A program made the translations under genes and the position numbers. Source: a virus. From it: DNA of 64,000 nt. Of this stretch, positions 8,300 to 20,000 are shown in pieces. The notes beneath the pieces were generated by a model. That model saw nothing but the letters and a program-made list of their open reading frames with translations. It did not search any database and had not been told where the DNA came from. The stretch lies in IMG/VR virus record IMGVR_UViG_3300042893_000684, positions 40,427 to 104,426 of that record. One strand, written 5' to 3'. Each line of letters starts with the position of its first letter. The first letter of the stretch is position 1.

Positions 8300-11200
8300 A
8301 TGGCAGATAATTTAATCACCACCAATATTACCGCCAACGCAGACTTCACGAGTTTAAGAACTCAGCTTGCTGCGGTTACTGCCCAACTCGTAAAATTACA
8401 AGAAACAACGGCGGGAACTAACGCCAAACTAGCAAATCAAATTGCTGTAATGAATAAGTCCTTCGCAGAAACTATGCGATCAACGGGACAGTTTTCATCA
8501 CACTTTGTATCGCTTACATCAGACGTAGAAAAATTTGGTAGGAACCTAGATAGAGGAAGACTTAAACTAGGGGAATACTACAACGCCTGGAGTGGGCATA
8601 CAAAGAAAACAAGCAGCCTGATTAGAGACCTGGCCAAGCAGCAGGTAATGCTAGAGAATGCAATCATTCAGCCTATCGGCAAAAACGCACAAGGCCTAAT
8701 GCAATACAATGTTATGGTTGCAAAGGGCCTTGATGAAATAAAGAACAAGACGGCAATTGCAAGACAAGAGCTATCTATCATGAATAAGGTAATGCTCGAT
8801 GGATCTAATCAGCTTATCAATTGGGGTAAGAACACCCAGTGGGCTGGCCGTCAGTTAACAGTAGGACTAACAGTTCCTCTTGCAGCATTTGGAATGGCTG
8901 CACAAAAAGCATTTAGAGAAGCAGATCAAGAGCTTGTAAGACTTACAAAGGTTTACGGCGGACTAAGTGCAACATCATCTTCAGAGCTAGCAAAAGTAAG
9001 AAAAGATGTTTCCGAAACAGCAAGAGAAATTGCTGGAGCATACGGAATTGCATACAAAGAAACTATTGCATTAGCAGCTGACCTTGCTGCAACAGGACAA
9101 GAAGGCGGAAACCTTCTAGAAGCTACAAGACAGACAAGCAGACTTTCAATCCTTGGTGAAGTAGACAGACAAGAAGCAATGAAGGCAACTCTTGCTATTC
9201 AAAATGCATTTAAATCAAGTACAGATGAATTAACTCAATCTATTGACTTTCTTAACGCTGTTGAAAACCAGACATCCACTTCTCTACAAGATTTAGTTGA
9301 AGCAATCCCTAAAGCAGGCCCTGTTGTAAAGTCTTTAGGTGGAGATGTAAAAGATTTAGCATTGTATTTAACTGCAATGAAAGAAGGCGGAGTAAACGCA
9401 TCAGAAGGTGCTAACGCAATTAAGTCAGCAATGGCATCTCTTATCAACCCAACAAAGGTTGCAAAGGAAATGTTTTTTGGCTTTGGTATAGATATAGATA
9501 AGATTGTAACATCTAATGCGGGAAATTTAACTGAAACAATTACAGACCTTCAAGCAGCTTTAGACAGACTAGATCCACTAAGCAAGTCAAGAGCAATTGA
9601 ACAGTTGTTTGGTAAGTTCCAGTATGCAAGAATGTCAGCCCTATTTGAAAACCTAGGTAAAGAAGGATCTCAAACTCTTCAGGTAATGGATTTAATGAAA
9701 GCAAGCGCTACAGATCTTGCAAATATCTCTGCTCGAGAATTAACTATGATGACAGAGTCCGCTTCAGGACAATTTAAAAGAGCATGGGCTTCAGTCCAAG
9801 CAGACCTTGCTTCAGTAGGAGAACAATTTTTAAGAATTAGCACAAAGGTTTTAAATGTAGTAGATGGGATCATTAAGTTTTTCCAAGGACTTCCAGGTCC
9901 AGTTAAAACATTCCTTAACGCTCTTGGTGGACTAACAGCATTTGCTGGACCACTAATTATGTTAACTGGTGTTATGGCCAACTTTATTGGTTATGTTACA
10001 AAGGGAATATTCTCTTTAAGACAAATGGCTACAGGAGGACATGGGTTTAAGCTCCTTACTCCAGAAATATTAGCGGCAGATGCAGCAGCAAAAGGTCTTG
10101 CTACATCATTCTATTCAGATACAGAAGCAACAGTTGTATTAACAAATGCAGTAAATACTCTTGCAGCATCATTTGATAATCTTCAGGTAGCAGCATCTAC
10201 AGCGCAAGTTGCAGTGCAACCAAGCATCTCAACAGTTGCAGGCGGAGTAATTGCAGCGGGAACTCCAGGCGGAACGCCAAGATATGTTGATAAAAATAAT
10301 CCATTAATTGGAGATTCATACTCAAGAGATATGTCTCACATGATTCCTGCTCAAACACAACAGGCGGGGACAATATTTGGAACAGTTCCAGGAGCAGGAC
10401 CAGTAAACGTTAGAATTGGTAAAAACCCTCAAGCATATATGAACGCAGATCTTCCAAAGATTCCAGGTGTTACATCTGTAAACGGAACATCGACTGGTAT
10501 AGTTGCTCAAGAGGCAGCAAAGTGGCATGCAATGACAGCGGCAATTGCAATGCAATCAGAAGCAGAACTTAAAGTATTAAAGGCAGAGGTAAATGCTACA
10601 GGAACAATTACATCAAGTCTATCTAATTCTTATCAAGCCTTGCTTCCAGAATTTTCAGAAATTACAAGCATGGCTGCACAAGAAACTGCTTTAATCGTTA
10701 AGCAGCTACAGCAAAGCAAAATAACAGCAGACGAAGCAAGAATAAAAGTAATTCAATTAAATGCAACAGTTGAAGCAATGCTTGCTGAGACAGCTCAAAA
10801 GATTGCAGCTGGACAAGGAAGATCTGTAAACTTAACAACAGTTCCATTAACATCTCAACCTGTAGTAGACCCAGTAACTGGTAAATCAAATATGAAAGAA
10901 ATGTTTCATAAGGGTTCTACAAAAACATTAGTAGATAAAATTGCTAGAGCGCTAGGCGGAGTTAGAACTTCAGGTGCAGGATATAACATTGAAACAACAA
11001 AGCCTAAGTTTAATAAAGGCGGAATAGTTCCAGGAACTGGTAACACAGACACCTATCATACAATGGCCGAGCCCGAATCATTTGTAATTAATAAAGCTGC
11101 AACACAAAGAAACATGCCTACAATTAGCAAACTTATTGGTGGCACTCCAACATTTAGAAACACTGGAGGAATGGTTCCAGTAGTTTTAACTCCTGGAGAA

Positions 11201-14200
11201 GCAGTAATTCCAGCAAAAATTGCTAAGCGTAATCCAGAACTAATGTTGCAATTAAATGGTGGCCCAGGTAATACAACTGGTATGGGAAGACATCAAGGCG
11301 GAGGAGTTCACCCACACCCTCATGCAGGAAAGCCTATGACAGATGCTCAATACAGAAGAGCTCTTAAAATGTATTATGAATTTATTAACGATCCAAACTA
11401 TGAAGCCAATGTTCGTGCAAGATTTATTGCACTAGATGCTTCAGAGTATTTGGGAGTTGCCCCACAGATAGGAACTAAAAAAGCTATTGAAATAGCTACT
11501 GCTAATTTTGATGCTGCTAAGGACCTTAATGGATCTCCCGAAGACTGGATTAAAACTAGAACAGCACAGCTTGCTGCTTTTGACGAAAAATATTCTATGG
11601 GAGACAAAAGATTAGTAAAAGAAGGAAGAAGCGCAACGGCTTCTGGTTTAACTAGCGATAACTTTTTAAATAGAAATATGAACAGGGTTTTAAGATCAAT
11701 GAGCAGAAACCCATTATTTGCAGAAGCTCATGAAGATTTAAAGTCAATACCTAGAGCAACTGGTAAAATACAAGGCGGCGGAGGAAGATTAGTTGAAACT
11801 GCTAGAGGCCACGCATTTAGAAGATCTTTAATAGCACAACTAGGTGGAGTTGGCTCAAGAGGATTTGCAGGATTTGCTGCTATTATGCCTGCAGCATTTA
11901 ATACAATTGCTGCACAACTTCAGGGCAAAAATTTTCAACCAGATGTAATTCATTTAAAGAGGGCAAGTGCAATTGCTGACTTTGAAGAAATGGTAAGAAA
12001 ATCTGGAGTCCCTGGAAGCGTAGACGATGTAATACAAGCATTACAGTATGATACAAGATTTGTAGCTGCATCAGACAAGAAACCACGAGTTGCTCCTCCA
12101 TCACCAAAACAAAAAACTGCACTCAACATGTTTTTGCAAGCAATCTCTGCAGGAAAAGCTTGGATTCCAATTCGTGGAAAACTTGCTCTTGCAGGAGCGG
12201 TTAAATTAAATAAGGGTGGACAAGTACCAGGAAAGTTTGCACAAAGATTGTTTGGCGGCGGTAAAGCGTTGTTCTTAGGAATGCCAAGATCTATTAAGCA
12301 GGTTGAAGCCCAGAGAGCCGCAAAGGTTGCTATGGAAAAAGCAAGTCAAGCAGTTAAAGACTCTAGATTTAGCAAGACCCCAGTAACTGATTATGACGCT
12401 ATGCTAGAGCCAACATCAGGAAGAAGTTTCCCAGTATCTGGAATTGGTGGAGTTTATAGCAAGAACGGGGAAAAGGTTTTTGTTAAGCCAGTACTAGATG
12501 AAAAAGCAGCGCTTGCTGAGATAAGAGCAACTGAAATTGCTCGTGATGTTCACGGACTACAAACACCTAATCAAAGAGTTGTTGTAATGAGAGACCCAAC
12601 TGACAGAAGAGGATCTAGAACACTACTAGCTTTAGAGTCTAAGTACAATCCTGCTATAGCAAATCAAGATGGTAAATTTACAGAAGATCAATACTTTAGA
12701 CAGTTAGTTGCATCATCATTACGTGGCGACAAAGATTTAGGCAGGGGTAACCTTTCTGGGAACATACTTGCCGATGTAGGTCCAGCTGGGGTATTTTCAA
12801 CAGCCTCTGGACCAAGAGATTATTCTGCAACAATGCCTTCATTTAAACAACAAGCAATGATCAACTTGCTTGGAGTAAAAGGAAGCAGTACAAAGAAATT
12901 CTTTGCTGAAGCAACTTCAGATATTCCAAGAGGTATGACACCTGATCAATACAATGATCGCATGCTGCAAGAAATTGAATCTGCTCTCCCAAAGCTAAAA
13001 CAAACAATAGGTAGATTTGATTTAAACACAGAAGAAAAAGTTATTTACAATGCAATGATCACAAGACTATCTGATGCAAGAAGACAAACTTACAGAGATT
13101 TGCATGGAGTTCATTCATCAGTAACAATGTCTCCAGAAAAAACAATGACTCCAGCAGCAATTGCCAAAATGCTTGCAGCAGATGAATTGAAGCGCAGACA
13201 AAAGGGTCACTCTGTAAGCCTATCTGATAATGCATTTAAGACACCAGAAAATGGATTCAATATTGGCGGATTAATTGGAAACGTTCTTAAGGGTAAAGCA
13301 ATGCATAGAATTGGTGCAGGATTTGGCCCAACTGGAGCACCTAAGCCAAGTATGTATGAGTCAGCTCCATGGGGCGTGAACTCTCTATCTATTGAAATGG
13401 CCGACAAGCTATTTGCAAACACAGGTTTAAGAAAGCATACTCAAAAATTATTCTATGACAAGTTTGCGGCAGCACTAGCAAAAGAAAAACCTTACGGATA
13501 TGTAAAGATGCCAGATGGTAAATTAAAGAACGGACTCGAGCCAGACGTGCTAGACTCTGTAATAAGATCAGCCGCTTCAGATCTTGTTGGAGACAGAAAC
13601 ATAATTAAACAACTTTCTCCAATTGATAAAGATATTTTGCGAAACAAATATTTAAATTGGGATTCTAAAAAAGATACTCCGCTTACAGAATCTTTAAAGA
13701 AAATTATATTTGGTTTAGAAAAAAGAGAAATGGGCGGACCAGTTAACGCAGGTCAACCATACGTTGTGGGAGAAAAAGGACCAGAGCTATTTGTACCTAG
13801 AAATTCAGGAGGCATTGTTCCAAACGGATACATGAAGGGCGGAAACATTGCAATGCTTGGAGCCTCACTAGCACCAATGCTAATTGCGAGCAAGATTACT
13901 AATCCTTTACTTCAAACAATAATGCAGACGCTTTCATTTATCATACCTCAAATGATGATGACGGCAATGATGCAGACAAAAGCTGAAGGCGCACAAGGAA
14001 GAGTCGGTGGACTTATGTCTAAGATTCCAGCTTCTGCAAAAACTCCTATATTCTCTACAGCAAGAGGGACAAAAGTTGCTGGTGAAATGTTGGAAGATGG
14101 AACATACGCCAAGGGCGGAAGAATGCTCAATAGATACGGCGCAGCTCTTCAGAATTCTGCCAAGAGCGGGAGCGCAGTAACAAGAACCCTGGGAAGAATT

Positions 14201-16606
14201 GGAATGGGTCTTACAAGATTAAATGTAGGACTTGCTGTAGCAACAGGAGCTTTTATTCTTATCAATAAAAGAATAAGGGATCACAACGAACATTTAAGAG
14301 TTGGGGTAACACAATACGGACTAACAGAAGAAGCTGCCAAAAAGGCGGGACTTAAGTTTACTGATTACAACTCAAAGCTTGCAGATACTGTTAAAAACAT
14401 AGAAGCAATACGAGAAAGAAATCAGTTCCTTTATGAAAGCATGCAAGATGCTGGACTTCCTATATCCATGACAATTGAAGAGTATAAGAAGCTTAAGAAG
14501 GAAGTTAAGGAAGTATATACTGATCAAATTAAATTAATTAATCAGTCTAAAGAAAGTGAACTTCCACAAGTAGCAATAGACATTAAGACTGCTCTAATGG
14601 CTGCTGGGTTATCAGCAGATGAAGCAAGCAAGAAGATATTTACAATGTTTAAGCTTTCTGAAAAGGGAGAAAAGGCTGGTGCATTTACTGTAGGTAATCG
14701 TGCATTTAGAAATATTAAAACAGGACAAGATGCAGCCGAGGCTGCAATAAACACTTATACTACTGCCTCAGATGGTAAAGAGAAAGCACAGGCAGTAAAT
14801 ACAGGTCTAACTGCTATCGATGCAGGAATCATTGATATGATTGAGCAAAGTAAAAAAGCTGCTAGAGAAGACAAGAGTGGAAATACAAAAGTATTAACTC
14901 AGTATCAAGCCCAAGAAGCAATGCTTCAAAAACTAAATAAGCTAGAATCTTCTAAAGCTGTTCTTACTGCAAAAACTAGAGCGGAAATGATTAAGCAGAA
15001 TCCAGAACTTAAAAAGATTATTAATCCTATGGATACAATAGTTAGCTTATTTGAAAAGATGAATCTTGCAGCAAAGGGATTTACTGGAGATCTTTCAAAG
15101 TTAGGCGCTGAGGCTGTATCTACACTATCAAAAGTTGCAGATTCCATATCAGAAGCAACCGTTGCTGCGAACAAAGAGGGTCTATTAAAACAACAGTACA
15201 TAGATTTAAAGAAGCTAACAGATCAACAAAAGGCATTAATGCAAGCGGCCAAAGGACAAACTGCTCAGCAACAAATAAACACTAGAGAGCAGCTAAAGGG
15301 TTTGCAAAAGCAAATAGATGCTAATAATAAACTTGCAGAGTCAAGACTAAAAGCATTAGATGCAGCAAAGCAAGAGGGCGATATTGCAAGACAAATTGCA
15401 AAAGCACAAGCAGCATACGAAGCAGCTTTAGCAACAGGCAATACTGCTGCAGCACAACAAGCAAGCTTAGATATTCAAGGTCTGCAATCAGATCAGCAAT
15501 ACAACTCTCAAAAGAAAGCAATTGAAGATGCTCTTAAGCTAGCCAATGCTCCTCTTGAGGCTAAGATAAAATTAATTAATGACGGACAACAAAAGATGTC
15601 AGACAATGCATCAATTGCTGCAGAAAAATTGGGCTCATTAAATGCAAGGATTGATAAGCAAAAACAAAAGATTGATGATGTTAATCAAGCAATGGTCACC
15701 TTAGCACTAAATGCAGCTGCTGCAGGAAAAAGTATAGAGGATTATATTAAGTTTGGAACTGATGAAGACCCAAATGCTGGTAGAGAGGCTGCTGCAGGCC
15801 TTGTTGGAGCAGTAAGAACAGCAAAGCCTGGAACAGTTCCTGAATTTAAACAACCAACTCATCCAAAGGGTGTTAAAACTCCAATTGATGTAGGTACCCA
15901 AGCCCTGGGAATAATGGGCGGGGTAGAAGGAGCTATTACAAAAGGATTAGCCTCAAAGGGTATTCAAATGGGCAGCGGAGATATTATTATTAATGGAAAG
16001 AAGATGGATGTTGGCCAATCAAATGCTACTGCTAAGATTAGTTCTGTTCCTACAACTTTAGGCGTAACCGCTGGAGCCTATGCAGGATCTACAATTATTC
16101 ATCCATCTACACTTATGGCAGCAGGAGCATCTCAAATATCTGATGGCAAACGAGGCTCTACTTGGGTTGGTGTTGAGTTTGTAGATAAAAATGGTAAAAA
16201 GTGGAAGGTAACTTCTGATGCAGGGAGAGCTGGTCTTAACGTTCAAGCAGTAAAAGCTGGTTACGGAACAATGAAGCTTAATCCAAATGTTCCTACTATT
16301 GTCGGAGACCGTGGACCAGAAATGGCATTTGGCGGAATGGTTATTCCTAATATGGCTAAGGTACCATATGCTTCACCTAGATACGATATTAAGCAAGCAG
16401 CAAAAATGTTTGAACCAATGCGTGATTCAGGGGTAGGACAAGGTGTAATTAATTATACACAACATATTCATGCCTCTCCAGGAATGAATGAGGATCAATT
16501 AATAAGTAAAGCAAAGGTTGCAGCATATGAATTCTTGCAGGCCAATATAAAAACTAATGCTAAAATGAAGGGCAACCCAATGAATGTAGGTATTAAAAAC
16601 ACATGA
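8300..16606 (+). CDS. Tape measure protein (2768 aa) with inserted cargo domains incl. HipA/PI3K-like kinase
   Basis: N-terminal TP901-type helical TMP region; follows chaperones; kinase motifs at aa 1381-1492. Confidence 0.9.
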   Translation: MADNLITTNITANADFTSLRTQLAAVTAQLVKLQETTAGTNAKLANQIAVMNKSFAETMRSTGQFSSHFVSLTSDVEKFGRNLDRGRLKLGEYYNAWSGHTKKTSSLIRDLAKQQVMLENAIIQPIGKNAQGLMQYNVMVAKGLDEIKNKTAIARQELSIMNKVMLDGSNQLINWGKNTQWAGRQLTVGLTVPLAAFGMAAQKAFREADQELVRLTKVYGGLSATSSSELAKVRKDVSETAREIAGAYGIAYKETIALAADLAATGQEGGNLLEATRQTSRLSILGEVDRQEAMKATLAIQNAFKSSTDELTQSIDFLNAVENQTSTSLQDLVEAIPKAGPVVKSLGGDVKDLALYLTAMKEGGVNASEGANAIKSAMASLINPTKVAKEMFFGFGIDIDKIVTSNAGNLTETITDLQAALDRLDPLSKSRAIEQLFGKFQYARMSALFENLGKEGSQTLQVMDLMKASATDLANISARELTMMTESASGQFKRAWASVQADLASVGEQFLRISTKVLNVVDGIIKFFQGLPGPVKTFLNALGGLTAFAGPLIMLTGVMANFIGYVTKGIFSLRQMATGGHGFKLLTPEILAADAAAKGLATSFYSDTEATVVLTNAVNTLAASFDNLQVAASTAQVAVQPSISTVAGGVIAAGTPGGTPRYVDKNNPLIGDSYSRDMSHMIPAQTQQAGTIFGTVPGAGPVNVRIGKNPQAYMNADLPKIPGVTSVNGTSTGIVAQEAAKWHAMTAAIAMQSEAELKVLKAEVNATGTITSSLSNSYQALLPEFSEITSMAAQETALIVKQLQQSKITADEARIKVIQLNATVEAMLAETAQKIAAGQGRSVNLTTVPLTSQPVVDPVTGKSNMKEMFHKGSTKTLVDKIARALGGVRTSGAGYNIETTKPKFNKGGIVPGTGNTDTYHTMAEPESFVINKAATQRNMPTISKLIGGTPTFRNTGGMVPVVLTPGEAVIPAKIAKRNPELMLQLNGGPGNTTGMGRHQGGGVHPHPHAGKPMTDAQYRRALKMYYEFINDPNYEANVRARFIALDASEYLGVAPQIGTKKAIEIATANFDAAKDLNGSPEDWIKTRTAQLAAFDEKYSMGDKRLVKEGRSATASGLTSDNFLNRNMNRVLRSMSRNPLFAEAHEDLKSIPRATGKIQGGGGRLVETARGHAFRRSLIAQLGGVGSRGFAGFAAIMPAAFNTIAAQLQGKNFQPDVIHLKRASAIADFEEMVRKSGVPGSVDDVIQALQYDTRFVAASDKKPRVAPPSPKQKTALNMFLQAISAGKAWIPIRGKLALAGAVKLNKGGQVPGKFAQRLFGGGKALFLGMPRSIKQVEAQRAAKVAMEKASQAVKDSRFSKTPVTDYDAMLEPTSGRSFPVSGIGGVYSKNGEKVFVKPVLDEKAALAEIRATEIARDVHGLQTPNQRVVVMRDPTDRRGSRTLLALESKYNPAIANQDGKFTEDQYFRQLVASSLRGDKDLGRGNLSGNILADVGPAGVFSTASGPRDYSATMPSFKQQAMINLLGVKGSSTKKFFAEATSDIPRGMTPDQYNDRMLQEIESALPKLKQTIGRFDLNTEEKVIYNAMITRLSDARRQTYRDLHGVHSSVTMSPEKTMTPAAIAKMLAADELKRRQKGHSVSLSDNAFKTPENGFNIGGLIGNVLKGKAMHRIGAGFGPTGAPKPSMYESAPWGVNSLSIEMADKLFANTGLRKHTQKLFYDKFAAALAKEKPYGYVKMPDGKLKNGLEPDVLDSVIRSAASDLVGDRNIIKQLSPIDKDILRNKYLNWDSKKDTPLTESLKKIIFGLEKREMGGPVNAGQPYVVGEKGPELFVPRNSGGIVPNGYMKGGNIAMLGASLAPMLIASKITNPLLQTIMQTLSFIIPQMMMTAMMQTKAEGAQGRVGGLMSKIPASAKTPIFSTARGTKVAGEMLEDGTYAKGGRMLNRYGAALQNSAKSGSAVTRTLGRIGMGLTRLNVGLAVATGAFILINKRIRDHNEHLRVGVTQYGLTEEAAKKAGLKFTDYNSKLADTVKNIEAIRERNQFLYESMQDAGLPISMTIEEYKKLKKEVKEVYTDQIKLINQSKESELPQVAIDIKTALMAAGLSADEASKKIFTMFKLSEKGEKAGAFTVGNRAFRNIKTGQDAAEAAINTYTTASDGKEKAQAVNTGLTAIDAGIIDMIEQSKKAAREDKSGNTKVLTQYQAQEAMLQKLNKLESSKAVLTAKTRAEMIKQNPELKKIINPMDTIVSLFEKMNLAAKGFTGDLSKLGAEAVSTLSKVADSISEATVAANKEGLLKQQYIDLKKLTDQQKALMQAAKGQTAQQQINTREQLKGLQKQIDANNKLAESRLKALDAAKQEGDIARQIAKAQAAYEAALATGNTAAAQQASLDIQGLQSDQQYNSQKKAIEDALKLANAPLEAKIKLINDGQQKMSDNASIAAEKLGSLNARIDKQKQKIDDVNQAMVTLALNAAAAGKSIEDYIKFGTDEDPNAGREAAAGLVGAVRTAKPGTVPEFKQPTHPKGVKTPIDVGTQALGIMGGVEGAITKGLASKGIQMGSGDIIINGKKMDVGQSNATAKISSVPTTLGVTAGAYAGSTIIHPSTLMAAGASQISDGKRGSTWVGVEFVDKNGKKWKVTSDAGRAGLNVQAVKAGYGTMKLNPNVPTIVGDRGPEMAFGGMVIPNMAKVPYASPRYDIKQAAKMFEPMRDSGVGQGVINYTQHIHASPGMNEDQLISKAKVAAYEFLQANIKTNAKMKGNPMNVGIKNT

Positions 16607-17070
16607 GCTATCCAATGACACTCCCAGTAGGTTCCCTATTATATTTTGATACAGGAACTGACCTTGTAAACCCAACATGGACAAAGGTCTCTGAGCACAA
16701 CAGATCTAGCGCCTCTCTAGAAATAGATAGAATAGAAAAGACTCAAAGAATGTCTAACGGATCCCTTAGAAAAATTTGGATTGCAGATAAGAAACAATTT
16801 AGCGCAAGCTGGGGAATGCTGCCAACTGATAATACAATGACAGTAGACGGAGGCATGGGCGCCTCAGAAATTAAATCTTTTTATTTAAATAAAGGCAAGG
16901 GTGCCTTCAAGGTAAAGATATCATACAACGGAGTAGCGGCTAGAGATGAAATTATTTTAATGTCATTTACCTCATGTAATTTTACAGTTATGAAAAGAAA
17001 CGTTAAGTCTTCTTCAGCTTCCGTCCCACAAGAATTTTGGGACGTCTCTCTCTCCTTAGAAGAGGTATAA
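16603..17070 (+). CDS. Distal tail-like protein
   Basis: Follows TMP; R..NG.LR and C-terminal W.VSL.LEEV. Confidence 0.55.
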   Translation: MSYPMTLPVGSLLYFDTGTDLVNPTWTKVSEHNRSSASLEIDRIEKTQRMSNGSLRKIWIADKKQFSASWGMLPTDNTMTVDGGMGASEIKSFYLNKGKGAFKVKISYNGVAARDEIILMSFTSCNFTVMKRNVKSSSASVPQEFWDVSLSLEEV

Positions 17071-20000
17071 TGATACAGGTATCAGCAAATACAACGAATG
17101 CCTTAAGCAAGGCCGTAAACGTATCTGTAACTAACGGATGTCGTGTTGAGTATAATATGAACGACCTAATATCAGGAGTGGCTGTAACAGCCCCTGAAGG
17201 CGTTATAACAGCAACCCTGACTGCTCCACAGAATCAAGGCGGATATCAATATAAGCCTTTTGAAAAGCTATTTCCAATAAAAAGCATTATTGATCCAAGA
17301 CGCCCAAAGGTAGCTGGGATTCAATATATGATTGCAGCAGACCCAAGCCTTAGCACAACACTTGCTGCTAGTGGGTCAGCAGATGGTAAAACATATGCGG
17401 CGGCAAAGGAATTAAATAAAAGACTATATTTTTCTGGAATAAAAACTGCTTATAAATATTGGGTAACCCCAAAGGCAGCAAGCGGAAGTACCTCTTTAAC
17501 AAATTGTATATTAACTGTTTCATACCCAGCAGTAAAAACTGCTGCAGCAAATAAAATTGTTCTTAAGTTTGAAACATCTCACTCCAAACCTACATCCTGG
17601 AACGTAAAACTTTTAAGTCTATCTGGAGTAGAGTCTACAATATATACAGGAACAACTTGCCCAGATAACGGAATAGTAAACTTATACTACAACGGATCGG
17701 CTTGGGTAGACGTAGAACCTGCAACCGTTTCTACAGGGGTAGACCTAAGCGGGTTGAAGTTACAAGTTAATAGTATAAGTACTGCAGGCGGGTACCTAGG
17801 AATAATTGAAATATCAGCAAGACTAGTAAAGGATGTAACAGACATTCTTCAATCATTTGATATATCTCAGAACTCATCAGACTCAATCAATGGCTTAGTC
17901 CCAGTTGGAGATGTAACAGCAAACTATTTAAGACTTAGTTTAAATGCATACGATAAGTCCTATGACAATTATGATAAGACTAAAGCTTTTAATAAAAACA
18001 AATTAAGCCTTTATGAAAACATTACAATTAGACCACACGTTATAGTTGAATCAGAAAAAATTAATCTAGGTGTTTTTTACCTTGACTCATATGAGGTAGA
18101 TGAATTTGGAGAAGTTTCTATTAATGCATTAGATGGGGCAAGAGAACTTCAGTATATTAAGCCACCAGATATTGTAACAAAGGACATGTCCACAGTTGCT
18201 ATAATCAGAAGACTGTTAGATTCAGTTGGATTTTCCAATTATAAATTTAATCTAGTAGATACCGATACCTCTATTGTTGCTCCCTACTACTGGTACACCG
18301 ATCCTCAAAAGACAGTTTGGCAGCACATACAAGATTTATGTAAGGACACTCAGATGATTGCTGTTTTTGACAACAACGATGTTCTGCAATTTTATCCAAG
18401 AGGATATATATTTAATACAGCAAAAAACCCAGACGCTTCTTTTAGATATAGCAATACAGCAGATGGAAAGCTAGCAAACATATCAGGAATATCAATTGAA
18501 AATGTTCCATCAGTAAAAGCTATTAAAGTTATGTATAGCCCACAGCTTACATCTAATTATGATGGAGATGCCGACAACCTTTATACTTCCCCAGTAGTCA
18601 CACTTGGATCAGCAGCACTAATGGCTGATTTGCCAAAGGTTGCTACAGCAGAAACAGATGCACCAAAGGGAGTAATTAAATTAAGGCCAGTAGAAATTTC
18701 AGGAGCCGCACAGCAATTTTATTCCTACACAGGGTATTTAGTTTTAGGAAAAGAAATTATTGAGTATGACGCTATTAAGTTTGTTTATGAGCCAGTTTCA
18801 GGAAGCCCAGCCGTTGCGTATAAGTGGATAAAGAATGAATCAGACATACAGTCTAACTTAGGTCTTGCTAAGCCTAACACCTTTAGGCCAACAGGCGAGT
18901 ATAGAATTAAAGAAAGAAATGTTTTTAATGCAGTAACTGCCGATGCTGATTTAACACATAGCGCAGATATTGATTCCCTAAGAATGGAATGGACGGGACA
19001 AAAATGGAACTCAGAGACTGGAAACTTTACTCCTGACAATACTGAATCAGCATTTACTTTAAAAGAAGTTGCTATTAAAGATGAGAACGGTAAAGACTTA
19101 GCAAATCCAAATAATTTATTTAGTGCCATACCTAGGTCAATGATGACAATTTTTGCCCCGCTGGGAACATTAAAAGATAGTACACAAGATCCAACCATAA
19201 AAGAGCCTGTTCCAAACAAGATATATACTCTTGTAACAACAGATACGGCTAAATATCTTAAGGGGGAAAACTTTTCGATTGGAACAAATATGTATTTCCC
19301 ATTGTTAAAGAATTCAAAAGGCGAAGCCACGGGAGAGCAAAGAACAATTTCGGGTATAGCATTTTCATTAAACTCAACTAACAAAAGTGGTTATTTTTTA
19401 TCAGTAGCAACAACCCAAAACACAAGTGCAGATAAAGGATTTAGAGAACTTTCATTTTACAAAATTGTAGACGGAAAACTTATTAAGATGACTGACTCAC
19501 AAAAAGAAGAAGACGGTAGTATCTTGACAGGAATAAGTGGAGGAAGACTATATAGAATAGATATCCGTGCAAATTATTCTGTACCTACAGGAGGATCCGC
19601 TAAAGTTTTAACTTTAAGAATATCTATTAATAACAAAGAGTTTATTGTGGTAGACCAGTCTCCAATAACAATTACAGAAAAAATTGGAATTGCTTCCCTT
19701 CAAGGGGTATCAGCATTTGACTATGTTTATGCTTCTGCTATAGATGAATCAGACTTTACTGCTGATAAAAAATATAATCCTTACAAAGGATTTATGGGCG
19801 GAGAGTCTACAATTATTAAAACATTCGGAGAGTTTATTTTTAATCAAAAGGGACAAACCGAAAGCACCTCGTGGGTCAGAGAGTTTGGTCCAGTTGCAAG
19901 AGAACTTAAAAAGATTACAGCTAGGTATACTACTCCAGGCTTTCCGCTTTACCCAAGCCTAGTAAATAATCCAGATGTAACAATTGCTGGAACCTCAATA

